Positions 44,992 through 56,300 of a DNA stretch of 64,000 nucleotides are shown piece after piece. The stretch is from IMG/VR virus record IMGVR_UViG_2609460327_000001, positions 96,001 to 160,000 of that record; one strand, written 5' to 3'. Below the pieces are notes generated by a model. That model did not search any database and was not told the origin of the DNA. It saw only the letters and a list, made by a program, of their open reading frames with translations. Origin of the DNA: a virus (lineage: Duplodnaviria > Caudoviricetes). Numbering within the stretch: the first letter of the stretch is position 1; every line of letters starts with the position of its first letter. A program made the position numbers and the translations under genes.

Positions 44992-47900
44992 TGGCCATAA
45001 TCAATTTCGATTATAAAATCAAAGCAGAGATTATCCCAACGTGGGAACACCCATTTCATTTCGCCGTCTATGCTGACGTAGAGAAGCCAAATGGAGATAG
45101 ATATAACGATAAGCTATATGAGGGGCGTGGAGTGCTTAATCAGCAGCACACAAACTATGATAGCAAAGCTCATATCGAATTAGATGGCGTAGTTATTGAA
45201 CTCGAAGAGGGAGATGTCATCCAAGGATATACGGCTATCTCACTAGACCCGAATGTATCCATCGTGGTGAACGAGAGCAGTATTGATTCCGTTTATGCTT
45301 GGATCGAATCCAGAGCAGCTGTGCCGATTGCAACCGAAACAAAATGGATTACAGCAGAGCAGATCGACACTAACATTCACGGTACTAAGGAAACGGCAAA
45401 GACTTTAAATCGTACTGAGCTGAAGCAGCTGCTTGAACGCAACAGCGAAATAGAGTTCCCTCTTCGCTATGATATTCGATCCCTTGAACTTATCAGCAAT
45501 AAAGAGAATGTAATTATGGAGCTTTCTGAGGAGGGTATTGAAGTCTTTGGTTTTGATGCTTCTCTGATTGAGAATGTCATCGGAAGCATAAGTGTAAATG
45601 AGATCATTGTCACTCACCGAGAGACTATCCCTGTTCCGCTTTTCCTTGATGTTGAAAGTGCTTCAGGCATACAGTTAAATCTAATTGAAGGCATCATCGA
45701 TAACCGGAATATCGCAAGAGTGGCTTCAATTAAAGAAGACAAGATTTGGATTGAAGGCATGGGCGTTGGCGAAACAAGCATTCGTATCAACTATGCAGGG
45801 GTCCTGATTGCTGAAACACCGATCCGAGTAGAGAAGCCAAAAGCGATTATCCATACTTCTCTGGATAGCAAAAACTTTTATGTAGGTCAGCCTTTTCAAA
45901 TCCACTTGATGCCAGAATATACGAATGGAGATGTCTTTGAAACTTCCACCTGCGAGTATGAATTGCAGGGCGGAGAAGTAGAATCTCAACTAGATACGAC
46001 AACGCTTAGTATCATTCCTCATACTGCAGGTGTTTTAATAATGCAGGTTCGTCTTGTTAGTAAGACAGGGGAGGTGGTGGAGGCAACCATAAAGCTGCCG
46101 GTGCGGGATAAGCACCTGTATCGATTCCATGTTCAGCCTGAAGAAGCTACGATCGTTCAAGGCGATAAGCTATCTCTTTCTGCTCAATATCAAAACACAT
46201 CGGCCGGCATGGAACATGATGACTCTTTAATTGAGTGGAGTGTTTTAGAAGGCACTGAGTTTGTTCAGATGGAGAATAGTAAGGGAAGAAGTGTCATCCT
46301 TGGTGGTTATGGATCAGGAGTCGTCCGGCTTAAAGCAAGCGTTTATGATAATGAAGCTGAAGCCACGATCCATATCGTAGGACAGACGCAACCCATCCTG
46401 CACTTTGCAGAAACCAATATACTCATGGCGCCAGGAGAGCGAAAATCGATCTATCCCGCTATCGTAAATGATGATGGTCGCAGCCGGCCGATTGCGTGGG
46501 ACATCCAGCAAAACAGCTGCCTTAATATCGTAGATGAAGGCGCAAGTAAACTTGTGTTTGAAGCTATCACGAATGGCAGAGCCACAATCATCTGCAAAGC
46601 AGGGGATCTGAAGCAACAGATTTATGTCGATGTATCCGAGAACCGGATTCAAGCGTTCAGCACCGAGGCAGTAGATGGATCGATTTATATTCCGACAGAA
46701 GACTCTCCAGAACAATGGACGGATGTAGAAAAAGATCCGAATTATATTGAGAGCCCAGGGATGCTGACGAGCATGTATACCCGGACAAGCGGAGAAGAAG
46801 ATCCGAACTATGCTTTCCACTCAGGGATCGGGGATCAAGACGACCTGCTGGTGAAAAAGCCTCAGCTAGAAAACAGCGTCCAGCCATTCCAATATGCAGC
46901 ACGTCTGCGCGGGAAGAAACGCCATTCCATTATGATCTATCCAGAAATCGCATTCCAATACAGCGTTCAGTATAAAGGCGATCTCTACGTGACCTATAAC
47001 GAGTCTCCATTCAAGGTGAGCATTGATGCTTATCCAGCGAAGAAGTTCGAGTTTACGATCAAAGAAGACCGCAAGCTTGAAACAATCAAGGACTATGAGG
47101 TTGAAATGTCCGTGGAAGGGCAAGTTACGAAAAAGGATTTGGAGTACGCCGTCAACTGGAAAGCAAATGTGGAAGTGAATGATGAAGGTGACGTAAAAGG
47201 ATTGTTCGTTTCTGGAGGAGACAAAGGAGACTTCATCGGTAGCGGCACCGCGTTGTCTTGGCGACTCGGAAGCGGATACGTCTATGACACATACAACCTC
47301 AGCCGGTTCAGTGGCGTTGTGGCAAAGAAATACTATGACTACACTAGCTACGAAGCTGAGTTTGATTACAAGCCAATTGCGGGCGACTCATCAGGCATTG
47401 CAGACGATGACCTTATCGGACTGATCTTCAAAGCAAGAGATAAGCGAAACTTCTACATGCTGCTGATTGAAAGCCATGAGCGTGCAAGAAACTCAAACCG
47501 TACAGGCGACAACTTGGAAGGGTTCAATATCTACACTGGGACACCGGAACAATGGAACGCGCGATCTGTAAGAGGAGCCAGCTATCAGACCGAATCAGAA
47601 TGGCGGCTATATACGCAGAGCATGGGGTGGAAGACACAGCATAGACGCGTCTACAAAGTAACCGATGGAGTAATGAGTCGGGTTAATGTAAATGATCTAG
47701 GCGGCGGCAATGGATGGGATTTCAATGTCATGCAGAGCATGATGGTCCGCTCCATGGGTAAGAAGGTAGAGCTTCATGTCCGCCACAGCTTAAGCGGCAA
47801 CTATGCAAAAATATTCGAGTTCAATACGGATTGGGAAGAGGGAAGCTTTGGGATGTGTAATATCTCTCAGGCTGTTCAGTTCCATGGGATTCGTGTGCGG

Positions 47901-50900
47901 GAATGGAATCAGATCGAAGGGCGCATTCCGGAAACCGGCTATGACAAATATACGGGGATCGGAAGTAAAACGATCTCTTCTTCTGGTAGAGAATACGTGA
48001 AGACTCAAGTCGTATCTAAACTCAGCTCGCCATCACAGAAATATGAAGTCACAGAAGTAGCTGGCGAATTAACGGATAGCTCTGCTGGCAGTATCACGGC
48101 ATCTGTCACAGGAGCCATCGTGGTGAAGTCCAACAATCCGCCTAATGCAGGAGAGCCGATCACGCAGAAGTTTACGAAGAGTGGCCAGATTCGAATTACG
48201 CCCGACAACATTGATTTGAATACGGCTGCCGAAGTCTATACGAATGCTCAAGAGTTCTTTAAAGCAGAGCTGTCTAAATTCAAGAGTGATCATCCGGAAA
48301 TGTCTGCAAGCAGTGTCGTGCCGACCTTTACGCTAGTTAAGCCGGCTGTTGATGATGCGGAGAAAGACTTTACGCAAGAGCGCCTATTGATGTGGGAGAC
48401 TGAACCCGAGATTGTAACAACCGAGATTGATTATGAGCATAATGTATTTGCTTATGAAGGATGGGTCGCAGGACGGCCTCTGACGGACTTTGTAGGCGGT
48501 AACTGGGCAACCTACACATTAACCTTCCATGATAACTCAGGGACCGTCAACGAGCAGTATGACGCTTGGAAGTGGCAGAACAGCGGAGCAGTCGACATTC
48601 ATCATGATCCGTCCGATGTGCTCATGCTCAAAACAACAGAGTGGTACAAGGGGATATTCCCTGCCGATATCCTGAATGAAGGAATCGTTAATAGTGAAGA
48701 AGACAGCTTCGTTGATATCCCGCCAAGCCATGAACATTACATCGAGCCGTATCTAAGCACACCGATGCCAGGCATCTATGACAACGTTCATTATCTTTTG
48801 TATAAGGAGCCTATCGGCAAGCAGACATTCACTTGGATGTATTGGGAAAGCCAGCCGGGAATCACAACCCGCAACAGCGGACTTCCTATTAATCAGTTGA
48901 CCGGCAAACCAATCATCAAGACAGATCGTCAGAATGATCGCGTTGTGGTGAAGTGTGATGAAGATCCAAGATACATCCCTTATACAACGGGGAAAGAAAT
49001 TGGATATGGAAAAGTTAATGGCAAGCGTCCATTCTTCGGAGACTCAGCTGGGCGAGCAAACATGATTGGGGTTCCAACAAACACAGTGTTCATCCCTGAG
49101 AATATGGTCAACATTACAGGGCCGTATATCGAAGTTAGCGACGATCGTGTGAGCTACAGCATCGATGCCGGAGGAAAGACGGTTACGTTCAGCTCTGATT
49201 TCAAAGACGCTTACGTTTGGCATACCGATTGGTATACGGGCTGGCATGAAGATGAGAGAGGTTTCCATGCAGATCTGAATACGACAACAACCATAGGCGA
49301 TCCAATCTCCATCAATCCGGAGGATCAGGAAGACTATGATGATAATGTCTCTATCGAAGGCGTTGAAGTCATCAGCAACAATCCGTTTGTTTCTGTCTGG
49401 CCAACTCAAGCAGAGGGAAGTTCTTCAGGACTCTTGGGAACGTACTATCGCTACCCACAAGAGATTGAGAACTTGCTTGAGAAGTTTGTTGTCGGCGGTA
49501 ACTTCCAAATCAAAGAGCAGGTCTTTGTCATTGAAGAAGCGGTGGCTCCAGTAAATACGCCAGGATTACCTGCATCCGAAACGTTCATTCCCGGCAGTGC
49601 GCCGGTGAGAGGAACCATTCAAGGAGTTACGGAGTTCGAGGTAGCGACAGTATATGTTCCTGCAGGAAAGCCAATCCTTAAGATCGCATCGAACTTCATG
49701 ATTGATACTGGAAATAAGTATCCTGACCTGCTTGTGACTGCGCCGAACGGTGAACAGTTTGGTGTTAAATACATGAATGGGACTTGGTCTGCTTCAGGAA
49801 CAACTGCATCCGATTTCTTAAGCTGCAGACAGTACACGCACTCTGGAGATAGCGGGCATGCAGAAGTGATGACCTTCACGCTGCCGATTGAGGGGACATG
49901 GACCATTAGCGTATTCAACCAAGGGAATGCACAGACCGCTTACATGGTGACAACTAACATTGGTACCGATGTACGTAAGGTGCTGAGCCTGAGCTATGTA
50001 CCAGACCCTGATTCTGTTTCGGTCAAAGTGAACGGCATTTCAATTACAGCTTTCGCTATGGATCGTAAGGATGTCATTATTACAGCGCCGATCGTGAACG
50101 AAGATGTCATTGAGGTAAATTACTCTGCAGGTGGAATCAAGATCAAAGAGCTGCCTATGCAAACAGACTTCCCGATGTATGATGTGCCGCCTTACAAGGT
50201 GCTGTCAGTCAGAAAGAATGATGTGGAGATTCCGGAGAGTACAACAAACGGATACTCCATTGATGGTCAGACCTTTAAGATCAGAGGAAGCTATGTAACG
50301 CCAGGCGTTATTCGAATCAGATACGGTGTTGGTGAGATTGATAACACATTTGATTTAGCCAATGATCCGCAGCTATCTCCGGAAGTTTATCTAAATGGAA
50401 CGAAGCTGGATGAAACGAAATACAGCATCAGCGGTCGTGTTCTTACAGTGGATAAAGAATTGCTCATGCCTAAAGATTGGATTCACTTGCAGTCTTACAG
50501 AGTGGCCAAGCGTTTCGATCCTCAGAAAGAAAACTACTTGGGTGATGTGAAAATGTCCCGCGTCGATCCATTCATTAACTTTAATTGGGGAACGCAATCA
50601 CCGTTCACAGAGAGCCTGGAGCCTGCCGGCTTCCGCATGATGGCCGTCATTCCAGATCAGATTAAATTCAATCTGAATGTTGAGATGGAGATCAGTTATC
50701 CTTCATCTGAAGTCATCGACACCAGCAACTTCACAGGTGTATGGAGTAAGTTTGACGAGAACATCGGATCGAATGTAGGGGATTGGCATGGACCACCGGA
50801 AGCTGGATACGACAAAGTAACAAACCTTGCTAACCAGAGCTACCGATCCGGATGGTATAACCCTGAGCATGCAGATATGACAGACTATGATTTTGAGTTC

Positions 50901-53354
50901 ATGGTGCAGGAAATTGGCTCCGGGGATGACGATATGTATGGAGCTATTTTTAGGTTCAATCCATCCACTAAAAACTTCTACTCATTCGAGTGGGATGCCA
51001 ATGGGATGGACACGAAAGGGATGGCTGTTTATCGAAACATCTGTACGAACCCATCTCAATATGGAACTGCGCTTCTGTCATATAACAAAGTGAAGCTTGC
51101 TCACCTGCCAGAGCCTTGGGCGTATGGTACCGATCAAACGAATAAGATCAGAGTTCGAGTAGTAGGGCAGTCCATTCAAGTCTACACCAACGATGTACTG
51201 AAATTTGATATCGTAGATAATTCACCAGACGCACTGATTTCAGGAGCGTGGGGTCCAGTGACAATGTCTCAACCGAGAACATACTTTTGGAATTTCAGCA
51301 CCTCGAAAATTCTAAAGGAAACAATCCGGAAGCCGATGAGCGCAGAGAAGATGAAGTCACTAACGGACAGTATCCGAACCGAGGAAATGCTAGTTAGTGA
51401 CCAGCGAATGATTGATTTCTTTAGCAGCGAATTAAGCAGCTTCTTGAGCGCGCATGGATTCAATCGAAGTGATGTATCCCTACAGTACTTTATCAAAAAC
51501 GATACAAGTGATTACAAGACGCACTTTACGACAAGCGGTATTGTTACATCTAGTGATGATGCCAAAGTATCGGCTACTGTGATTACACGTCCCGCGTCCA
51601 CGCCGGAACAACCTGCTTGGCTGGATTACCGTGAAGTCAACCGAGGGCACTTGCCACCAGACACATCGGTGGATGTTTACAGTCCTGATCAGCCAGAGCC
51701 TTACATCGATCCGATTCAGCCGGCCGATGAAGGGACACCAAATGATGGCTTTGCGATTAACTGGAAGGGCAGTATCTATGCACCAGTATCAGGAACCTAC
51801 ACCTTCTACTCCACATCGGATGATGGCTTCCGACTCTGGATCGATAAGAAACTCATCATTGATAAGTGGGTTCTGCAATCTGCAACGACTCATGTCGGCA
51901 GTATTGAATTGCAGGGAGGCAAATGGTACGACTTCAATGCTAACTACTTCGAGAACGAAGGCACAGCCAGCGTGAAGTTGGAGTGGTCACATCCGGCAAC
52001 AGAGCGGGCAATGATCTCACCTGATTTCTTCACTCCTCGTTTAGGATATGCAGTGAATGCCAGAGTGAAAGAAGCAACACCGCTGCCGTGGAGCCCGATG
52101 ATTCATAATGGCTATTACTACTTCAAAGATAAGGAACATTACTTGTATGCGAAGAAGACGCGCCATGTGATGACACCGGTCGATCACCAGCTTCTCATTC
52201 AACCACGTCCGCAGCAAGGAGCGCCAATGATCGTGAGAGATAACGAAGGAAATATTCTTCGCAAGACGGCTTTCTATGAAGAAGTCTTTAATGAGAATGG
52301 CTTGCTCATTGATATCCAGCAGACATTGACTTATAAAGAAGAGCTGATGGGCAATGGATACAGTAAGTACTATCTAACCTATAAGGGGATTGATCCGGAT
52401 AGTCTTATAATTAAATTGAATGGCATTACAATTTCAGCAGATAAATATGTATTTGATGCAGAGAAATCATCGATTCAGTTCATGAACAATGTAGGAAACC
52501 GTGATATAATGAACTTCGAATATAGCTTGATGTACAGCTATTTTGTAGACTACAACCATGATCCGAATAATGATGTCGCCAAGATTGTTCTTCATCCGAA
52601 CTATGATCCAGACAAGATGAAAGATATGGAGATCATTTATGAAGGCGATGCGTTTAGTCCGTTCTATCGAGCAAAAGAAATCGCACTGAATCCGCTGCTC
52701 ACTCATAATCACAAGGGCTTCCTATACTTGACCAACAAGATATTGGATACACCAAAATCTGTGGATATCAATGTATCACCAAAGACACTGTCTTCCGATG
52801 GATTAGGAAAGGTTCTAGTGACAGGGAAGGTACTGGACAAATACAACAATCCTATTCAGAACAAGAATGTGGACGTATATCGTGATGGAGAATTAATCTA
52901 CAGCGGTCCAACGAACCGTGCAGGAGAAGTCTACGTTTACGATAAGCCGGTGCCTAGAGCTGAAATGATCAGCGTATATCAGATTATTTGCGAAGACTTA
53001 AATAACCAAACACTTCTAAATTTCTATGTTCCTAATATGAAGGATCGCTACTTCCTTGAAGTGAAGACCAGTAAAGCAGCGATCCAAGCGGGGCAGGATG
53101 ATAAGGCGACCATCTACATCACGCTTCGGAATGAGAACTGGGAGAACGTGGCTGGGGAGAGAATCAAGATCGTTTGTCGTAATACGAAAGGTGAAATCAC
53201 TACTTCTGAAATGACGACAAATGTCTATGGCCAAGCAGAGTGGACAGTCTCCGCTTTGAATGAGCAACAAGGCAATATTACTGTAACAGCTTCTTACAGT
53301 ATGGAAGGTGAAACAGCAAGCAACTTCATCTACCTGAAGGTAATAGGGGCGTAA
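44991..53354 (+). CDS. Giant baseplate/appendage protein with Ig-like domains, two thrombospondin-C-like domains and a split PA14 domain
   Basis: Likely start ATG 44991 (RBS AAGGAG; about 2787 aa). Ig-like repeats near both ends. DDDLIGLIF (47403) and DDDMYGAIF (50925). PA14 core DGFAINWKG...YTFYSTSDDGFRLWID (51744 onward). Confidence 0.7.
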   Translation: MAIINFDYKIKAEIIPTWEHPFHFAVYADVEKPNGDRYNDKLYEGRGVLNQQHTNYDSKAHIELDGVVIELEEGDVIQGYTAISLDPNVSIVVNESSIDSVYAWIESRAAVPIATETKWITAEQIDTNIHGTKETAKTLNRTELKQLLERNSEIEFPLRYDIRSLELISNKENVIMELSEEGIEVFGFDASLIENVIGSISVNEIIVTHRETIPVPLFLDVESASGIQLNLIEGIIDNRNIARVASIKEDKIWIEGMGVGETSIRINYAGVLIAETPIRVEKPKAIIHTSLDSKNFYVGQPFQIHLMPEYTNGDVFETSTCEYELQGGEVESQLDTTTLSIIPHTAGVLIMQVRLVSKTGEVVEATIKLPVRDKHLYRFHVQPEEATIVQGDKLSLSAQYQNTSAGMEHDDSLIEWSVLEGTEFVQMENSKGRSVILGGYGSGVVRLKASVYDNEAEATIHIVGQTQPILHFAETNILMAPGERKSIYPAIVNDDGRSRPIAWDIQQNSCLNIVDEGASKLVFEAITNGRATIICKAGDLKQQIYVDVSENRIQAFSTEAVDGSIYIPTEDSPEQWTDVEKDPNYIESPGMLTSMYTRTSGEEDPNYAFHSGIGDQDDLLVKKPQLENSVQPFQYAARLRGKKRHSIMIYPEIAFQYSVQYKGDLYVTYNESPFKVSIDAYPAKKFEFTIKEDRKLETIKDYEVEMSVEGQVTKKDLEYAVNWKANVEVNDEGDVKGLFVSGGDKGDFIGSGTALSWRLGSGYVYDTYNLSRFSGVVAKKYYDYTSYEAEFDYKPIAGDSSGIADDDLIGLIFKARDKRNFYMLLIESHERARNSNRTGDNLEGFNIYTGTPEQWNARSVRGASYQTESEWRLYTQSMGWKTQHRRVYKVTDGVMSRVNVNDLGGGNGWDFNVMQSMMVRSMGKKVELHVRHSLSGNYAKIFEFNTDWEEGSFGMCNISQAVQFHGIRVREWNQIEGRIPETGYDKYTGIGSKTISSSGREYVKTQVVSKLSSPSQKYEVTEVAGELTDSSAGSITASVTGAIVVKSNNPPNAGEPITQKFTKSGQIRITPDNIDLNTAAEVYTNAQEFFKAELSKFKSDHPEMSASSVVPTFTLVKPAVDDAEKDFTQERLLMWETEPEIVTTEIDYEHNVFAYEGWVAGRPLTDFVGGNWATYTLTFHDNSGTVNEQYDAWKWQNSGAVDIHHDPSDVLMLKTTEWYKGIFPADILNEGIVNSEEDSFVDIPPSHEHYIEPYLSTPMPGIYDNVHYLLYKEPIGKQTFTWMYWESQPGITTRNSGLPINQLTGKPIIKTDRQNDRVVVKCDEDPRYIPYTTGKEIGYGKVNGKRPFFGDSAGRANMIGVPTNTVFIPENMVNITGPYIEVSDDRVSYSIDAGGKTVTFSSDFKDAYVWHTDWYTGWHEDERGFHADLNTTTTIGDPISINPEDQEDYDDNVSIEGVEVISNNPFVSVWPTQAEGSSSGLLGTYYRYPQEIENLLEKFVVGGNFQIKEQVFVIEEAVAPVNTPGLPASETFIPGSAPVRGTIQGVTEFEVATVYVPAGKPILKIASNFMIDTGNKYPDLLVTAPNGEQFGVKYMNGTWSASGTTASDFLSCRQYTHSGDSGHAEVMTFTLPIEGTWTISVFNQGNAQTAYMVTTNIGTDVRKVLSLSYVPDPDSVSVKVNGISITAFAMDRKDVIITAPIVNEDVIEVNYSAGGIKIKELPMQTDFPMYDVPPYKVLSVRKNDVEIPESTTNGYSIDGQTFKIRGSYVTPGVIRIRYGVGEIDNTFDLANDPQLSPEVYLNGTKLDETKYSISGRVLTVDKELLMPKDWIHLQSYRVAKRFDPQKENYLGDVKMSRVDPFINFNWGTQSPFTESLEPAGFRMMAVIPDQIKFNLNVEMEISYPSSEVIDTSNFTGVWSKFDENIGSNVGDWHGPPEAGYDKVTNLANQSYRSGWYNPEHADMTDYDFEFMVQEIGSGDDDMYGAIFRFNPSTKNFYSFEWDANGMDTKGMAVYRNICTNPSQYGTALLSYNKVKLAHLPEPWAYGTDQTNKIRVRVVGQSIQVYTNDVLKFDIVDNSPDALISGAWGPVTMSQPRTYFWNFSTSKILKETIRKPMSAEKMKSLTDSIRTEEMLVSDQRMIDFFSSELSSFLSAHGFNRSDVSLQYFIKNDTSDYKTHFTTSGIVTSSDDAKVSATVITRPASTPEQPAWLDYREVNRGHLPPDTSVDVYSPDQPEPYIDPIQPADEGTPNDGFAINWKGSIYAPVSGTYTFYSTSDDGFRLWIDKKLIIDKWVLQSATTHVGSIELQGGKWYDFNANYFENEGTASVKLEWSHPATERAMISPDFFTPRLGYAVNARVKEATPLPWSPMIHNGYYYFKDKEHYLYAKKTRHVMTPVDHQLLIQPRPQQGAPMIVRDNEGNILRKTAFYEEVFNENGLLIDIQQTLTYKEELMGNGYSKYYLTYKGIDPDSLIIKLNGITISADKYVFDAEKSSIQFMNNVGNRDIMNFEYSLMYSYFVDYNHDPNNDVAKIVLHPNYDPDKMKDMEIIYEGDAFSPFYRAKEIALNPLLTHNHKGFLYLTNKILDTPKSVDINVSPKTLSSDGLGKVLVTGKVLDKYNNPIQNKNVDVYRDGELIYSGPTNRAGEVYVYDKPVPRAEMISVYQIICEDLNNQTLLNFYVPNMKDRYFLEVKTSKAAIQAGQDDKATIYITLRNENWENVAGERIKIVCRNTKGEITTSEMTTNVYGQAEWTVSALNEQQGNITVTASYSMEGETASNFIYLKVIGA

Positions 53355-53372
53355 CAACCCCTATTGCTTTTT
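53342..53372 (+). terminator. Rho-independent terminator
   Basis: AATAGGGG-cgtaacaa-CCCCTATT followed by gcttttt. Confidence 0.65.
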
Positions 53373-53399
53373 ACATAGGTGAAAGAAGGGAGATTAAAA

Positions 53400-56300
53400 G
53401 TGATTAAAGACTTTTATCGCATCGCATGCATTATCTCAGTAAAGGATCAGAATGAACTTGATAAGGTATTTGTATATGACGATTACTTTACGATTAACGA
53501 AACCATGAATCAGGCTGCAATCGGACAGGCGCTTTGCGGTGGAATGAGCATGCAGGAAGTATTCCAGAATCAGATTGATGATTACATTCAGGAATATGGG
53601 ATTCAACCGAACAGAGTCACGGTCGTTGGCTATCAAACTAAATCAGGCCACAAGGATATTTCAGTCGTTTTCTATAAAGATGGAGTTGAACAGAAAGTTC
53701 AAACAGCTGACGGATCCATGAAAGCAGTAGCTTATTATCACAAGGATGAGCGATTAGACTACGGGCTTGAATTGTTTGAGTTTGATAAGGCGCTGCCTAA
53801 CGGTAAGCTCTCTCTCAGAGTGGGTGAGCAGGTGCCAACTGGCGATGTGAATCTGGCTTATATCCATAGCCCGCGAATCAATGTAGAAGAGAACGTATCT
53901 TTGATTGATACTTCTTCAGTCAATGAAAATGTAATCCCTATTGATCAGATTGAGTCCTTAGTTGTGCCGGATGCAAACGGTGTTCTCTCTTATGCTGATG
54001 TGGTTTCCGATGATCAGCCGATCATTATGCGTCCGCCATACAGCAGGTTTCCATCCAAGAATATCAACATCACTAGACGATTTACGCAGAACGAAACTGT
54101 AATATCCAATGCACTGTTCTATAAATTTGAACTAAAGTATCATTACGACAGTGATCCGGGAGAAGCAGGAAAGGTAATACGTTACACTGGCAGCCAAATT
54201 CAGCTAACCGATGAGAACGGAAACCTGCTAGGACCTGAGTTTAAACGTCTGATCTATGCTCAAGCGACTGAACAGAATCCTAAGATCTATTGGGTGAAGA
54301 TTTATATTCAAAGCAATACAGATGAAGAGCAGACCTTTAAGGTTCGCTACAATCATGTCGAGACTCCTGCTCCAGATGAAGAATTAAAGAGTACCACAAA
54401 AACGGTGGAGCTTTATTCTAATCAAGGGAACGTTGGATTGATTGAGGGTGGTAAGCTGCGAGTGATCAATGGGATCGGCGCGTACGAGCAGGTAACAGCA
54501 GAAGACCTGCGGGCAGCCGAGGACATTCAAGAGGTGTATTCGATTGAGGAATATCCGGATAAGGATGGATATAAAATTACGGTACCGCAACGTTCTATGA
54601 ATGACCCAAGAGCACGTAACGCATTCAACTATAAGCTGTCTGCCACCTATTTGGATGACAAGAACAACCAGCGCACATTAACCTTTGGATACGTAAGCGA
54701 TTGGACAATGAATGCAGACGCCCTCCTTGCTCATGAGAAGCTTGAGTTTACCGGAGAGTATAAAACCTTGGGCGTGAATATTGGCGGCGGATACGTAGAC
54801 GCACGGAGCCTCATTCAATCGATTATGCCAGTAGACATGCCTTCTCTTCCGATGGATGCCATATTTAAAATTGAAGATGCCAGCGGGAACCTGCTCTATA
54901 CAACTCAAACCGCTTCAGACAATGGATCAGTAGAAAGCATTGTAGCAGAAAGCGGAAGCTCACCGGCACAGGCAAAATCAAATACGACAACTGCTAAGTG
55001 GACGGGAGCCAGCGGAAGCAATGTGAAACTGAAGAATAACCCAATCGAACATCAGGTTACGGTCTATCCTGAACAGCAGAAGTCAGAAGTAGACTTCACA
55101 TGGGAAGCCAGCGGATCAGGAGAGATCATTACTTCGCAAAGCTATCAAGGACGATGGAAGGTATGCCAAAACGTAACGATCGAAAAAGCCTTCACAGCAA
55201 AGCCGATTGACGTATTTACAGGATGGGACTTTATCGGCTCCAATGAGACACGAGGCAAATGGGAATATAACAAAGCCAGAGATGTACTTCTGCTTACGGT
55301 AAATAAAATCGAAGTCAGTGGCTACTACAATGGTGCCCACAAAGATAAAGAGAACTACATTTTCTCTGCATGTGTTACGGTAAACGACCACAACGATGAT
55401 GACGTGATCGGGATTCAGTTCCGAGTTAACAATGATAAAGAGTACTATTGCTTCCTATGGGAAAAAGATCAGCTCATGCGCGAGCCAGGAGCCAACGGTA
55501 ACGGCGTAGGTCGCGTACTCGTGGATGAACGCGGCGTATCTGCGGTGCTCTACTACAAGAATCCAGACCCTAATAAATTTAACAGCGCCTATGAAGCTGA
55601 AACGAATATGACAAAGTACATGTCAGACTACGGATTTAAAAACCGTAAGAAGGGTATATTCAAAGCCAGCCCGACTACACTTCCGCCTTACTCTGATGCA
55701 CTGCATCCGAACTGCCAGTACAAATCAGACCGGACGGGATCATCCTTTGAGAATATAACGAGCAACGTAAACTATAATGCGAAAGGATGGGTACCGGGGG
55801 AGACATATAAGATTCGTGTCGTGGTTGCCGGTAGTAAGTTCCAGGTCTACATCGGTAACGATACTTCCGATGATGCATTAGGAACATTGGTTTGTGAAGC
55901 TGAGGACAGCACCTACAGCAAAGGCTCTTACGGAATCTGTAATATCTCTCAAGAGAATGCGCTATGGTCTAAACTGAAATTCACAGAACTGGATGTTCAC
56001 GAACTCTGCACAGACTGGGAGAACGTGACGCTAACTAGTAACGATTGGGTTAAAGTGTCCGACAAGAAGCCGGCCGACATTTTAACCCCACTCATTGAAC
56101 AATACATGAAAGACACCTATGGTAATGACATGCCTTATACTGTTACGACTCCAAGTGTTGTCGGTGATCCGGCAGACCTTAGAGCAGAGGTTCGAAACGA
56201 TGGCTACATTTGGGCAGTGACGAACAGCAGCCAGGCAGGAGGGACGTTAAGTACTCCTTGGCTAACCAGTGATAATCGCAAGAATATTACCGGCACAGGC

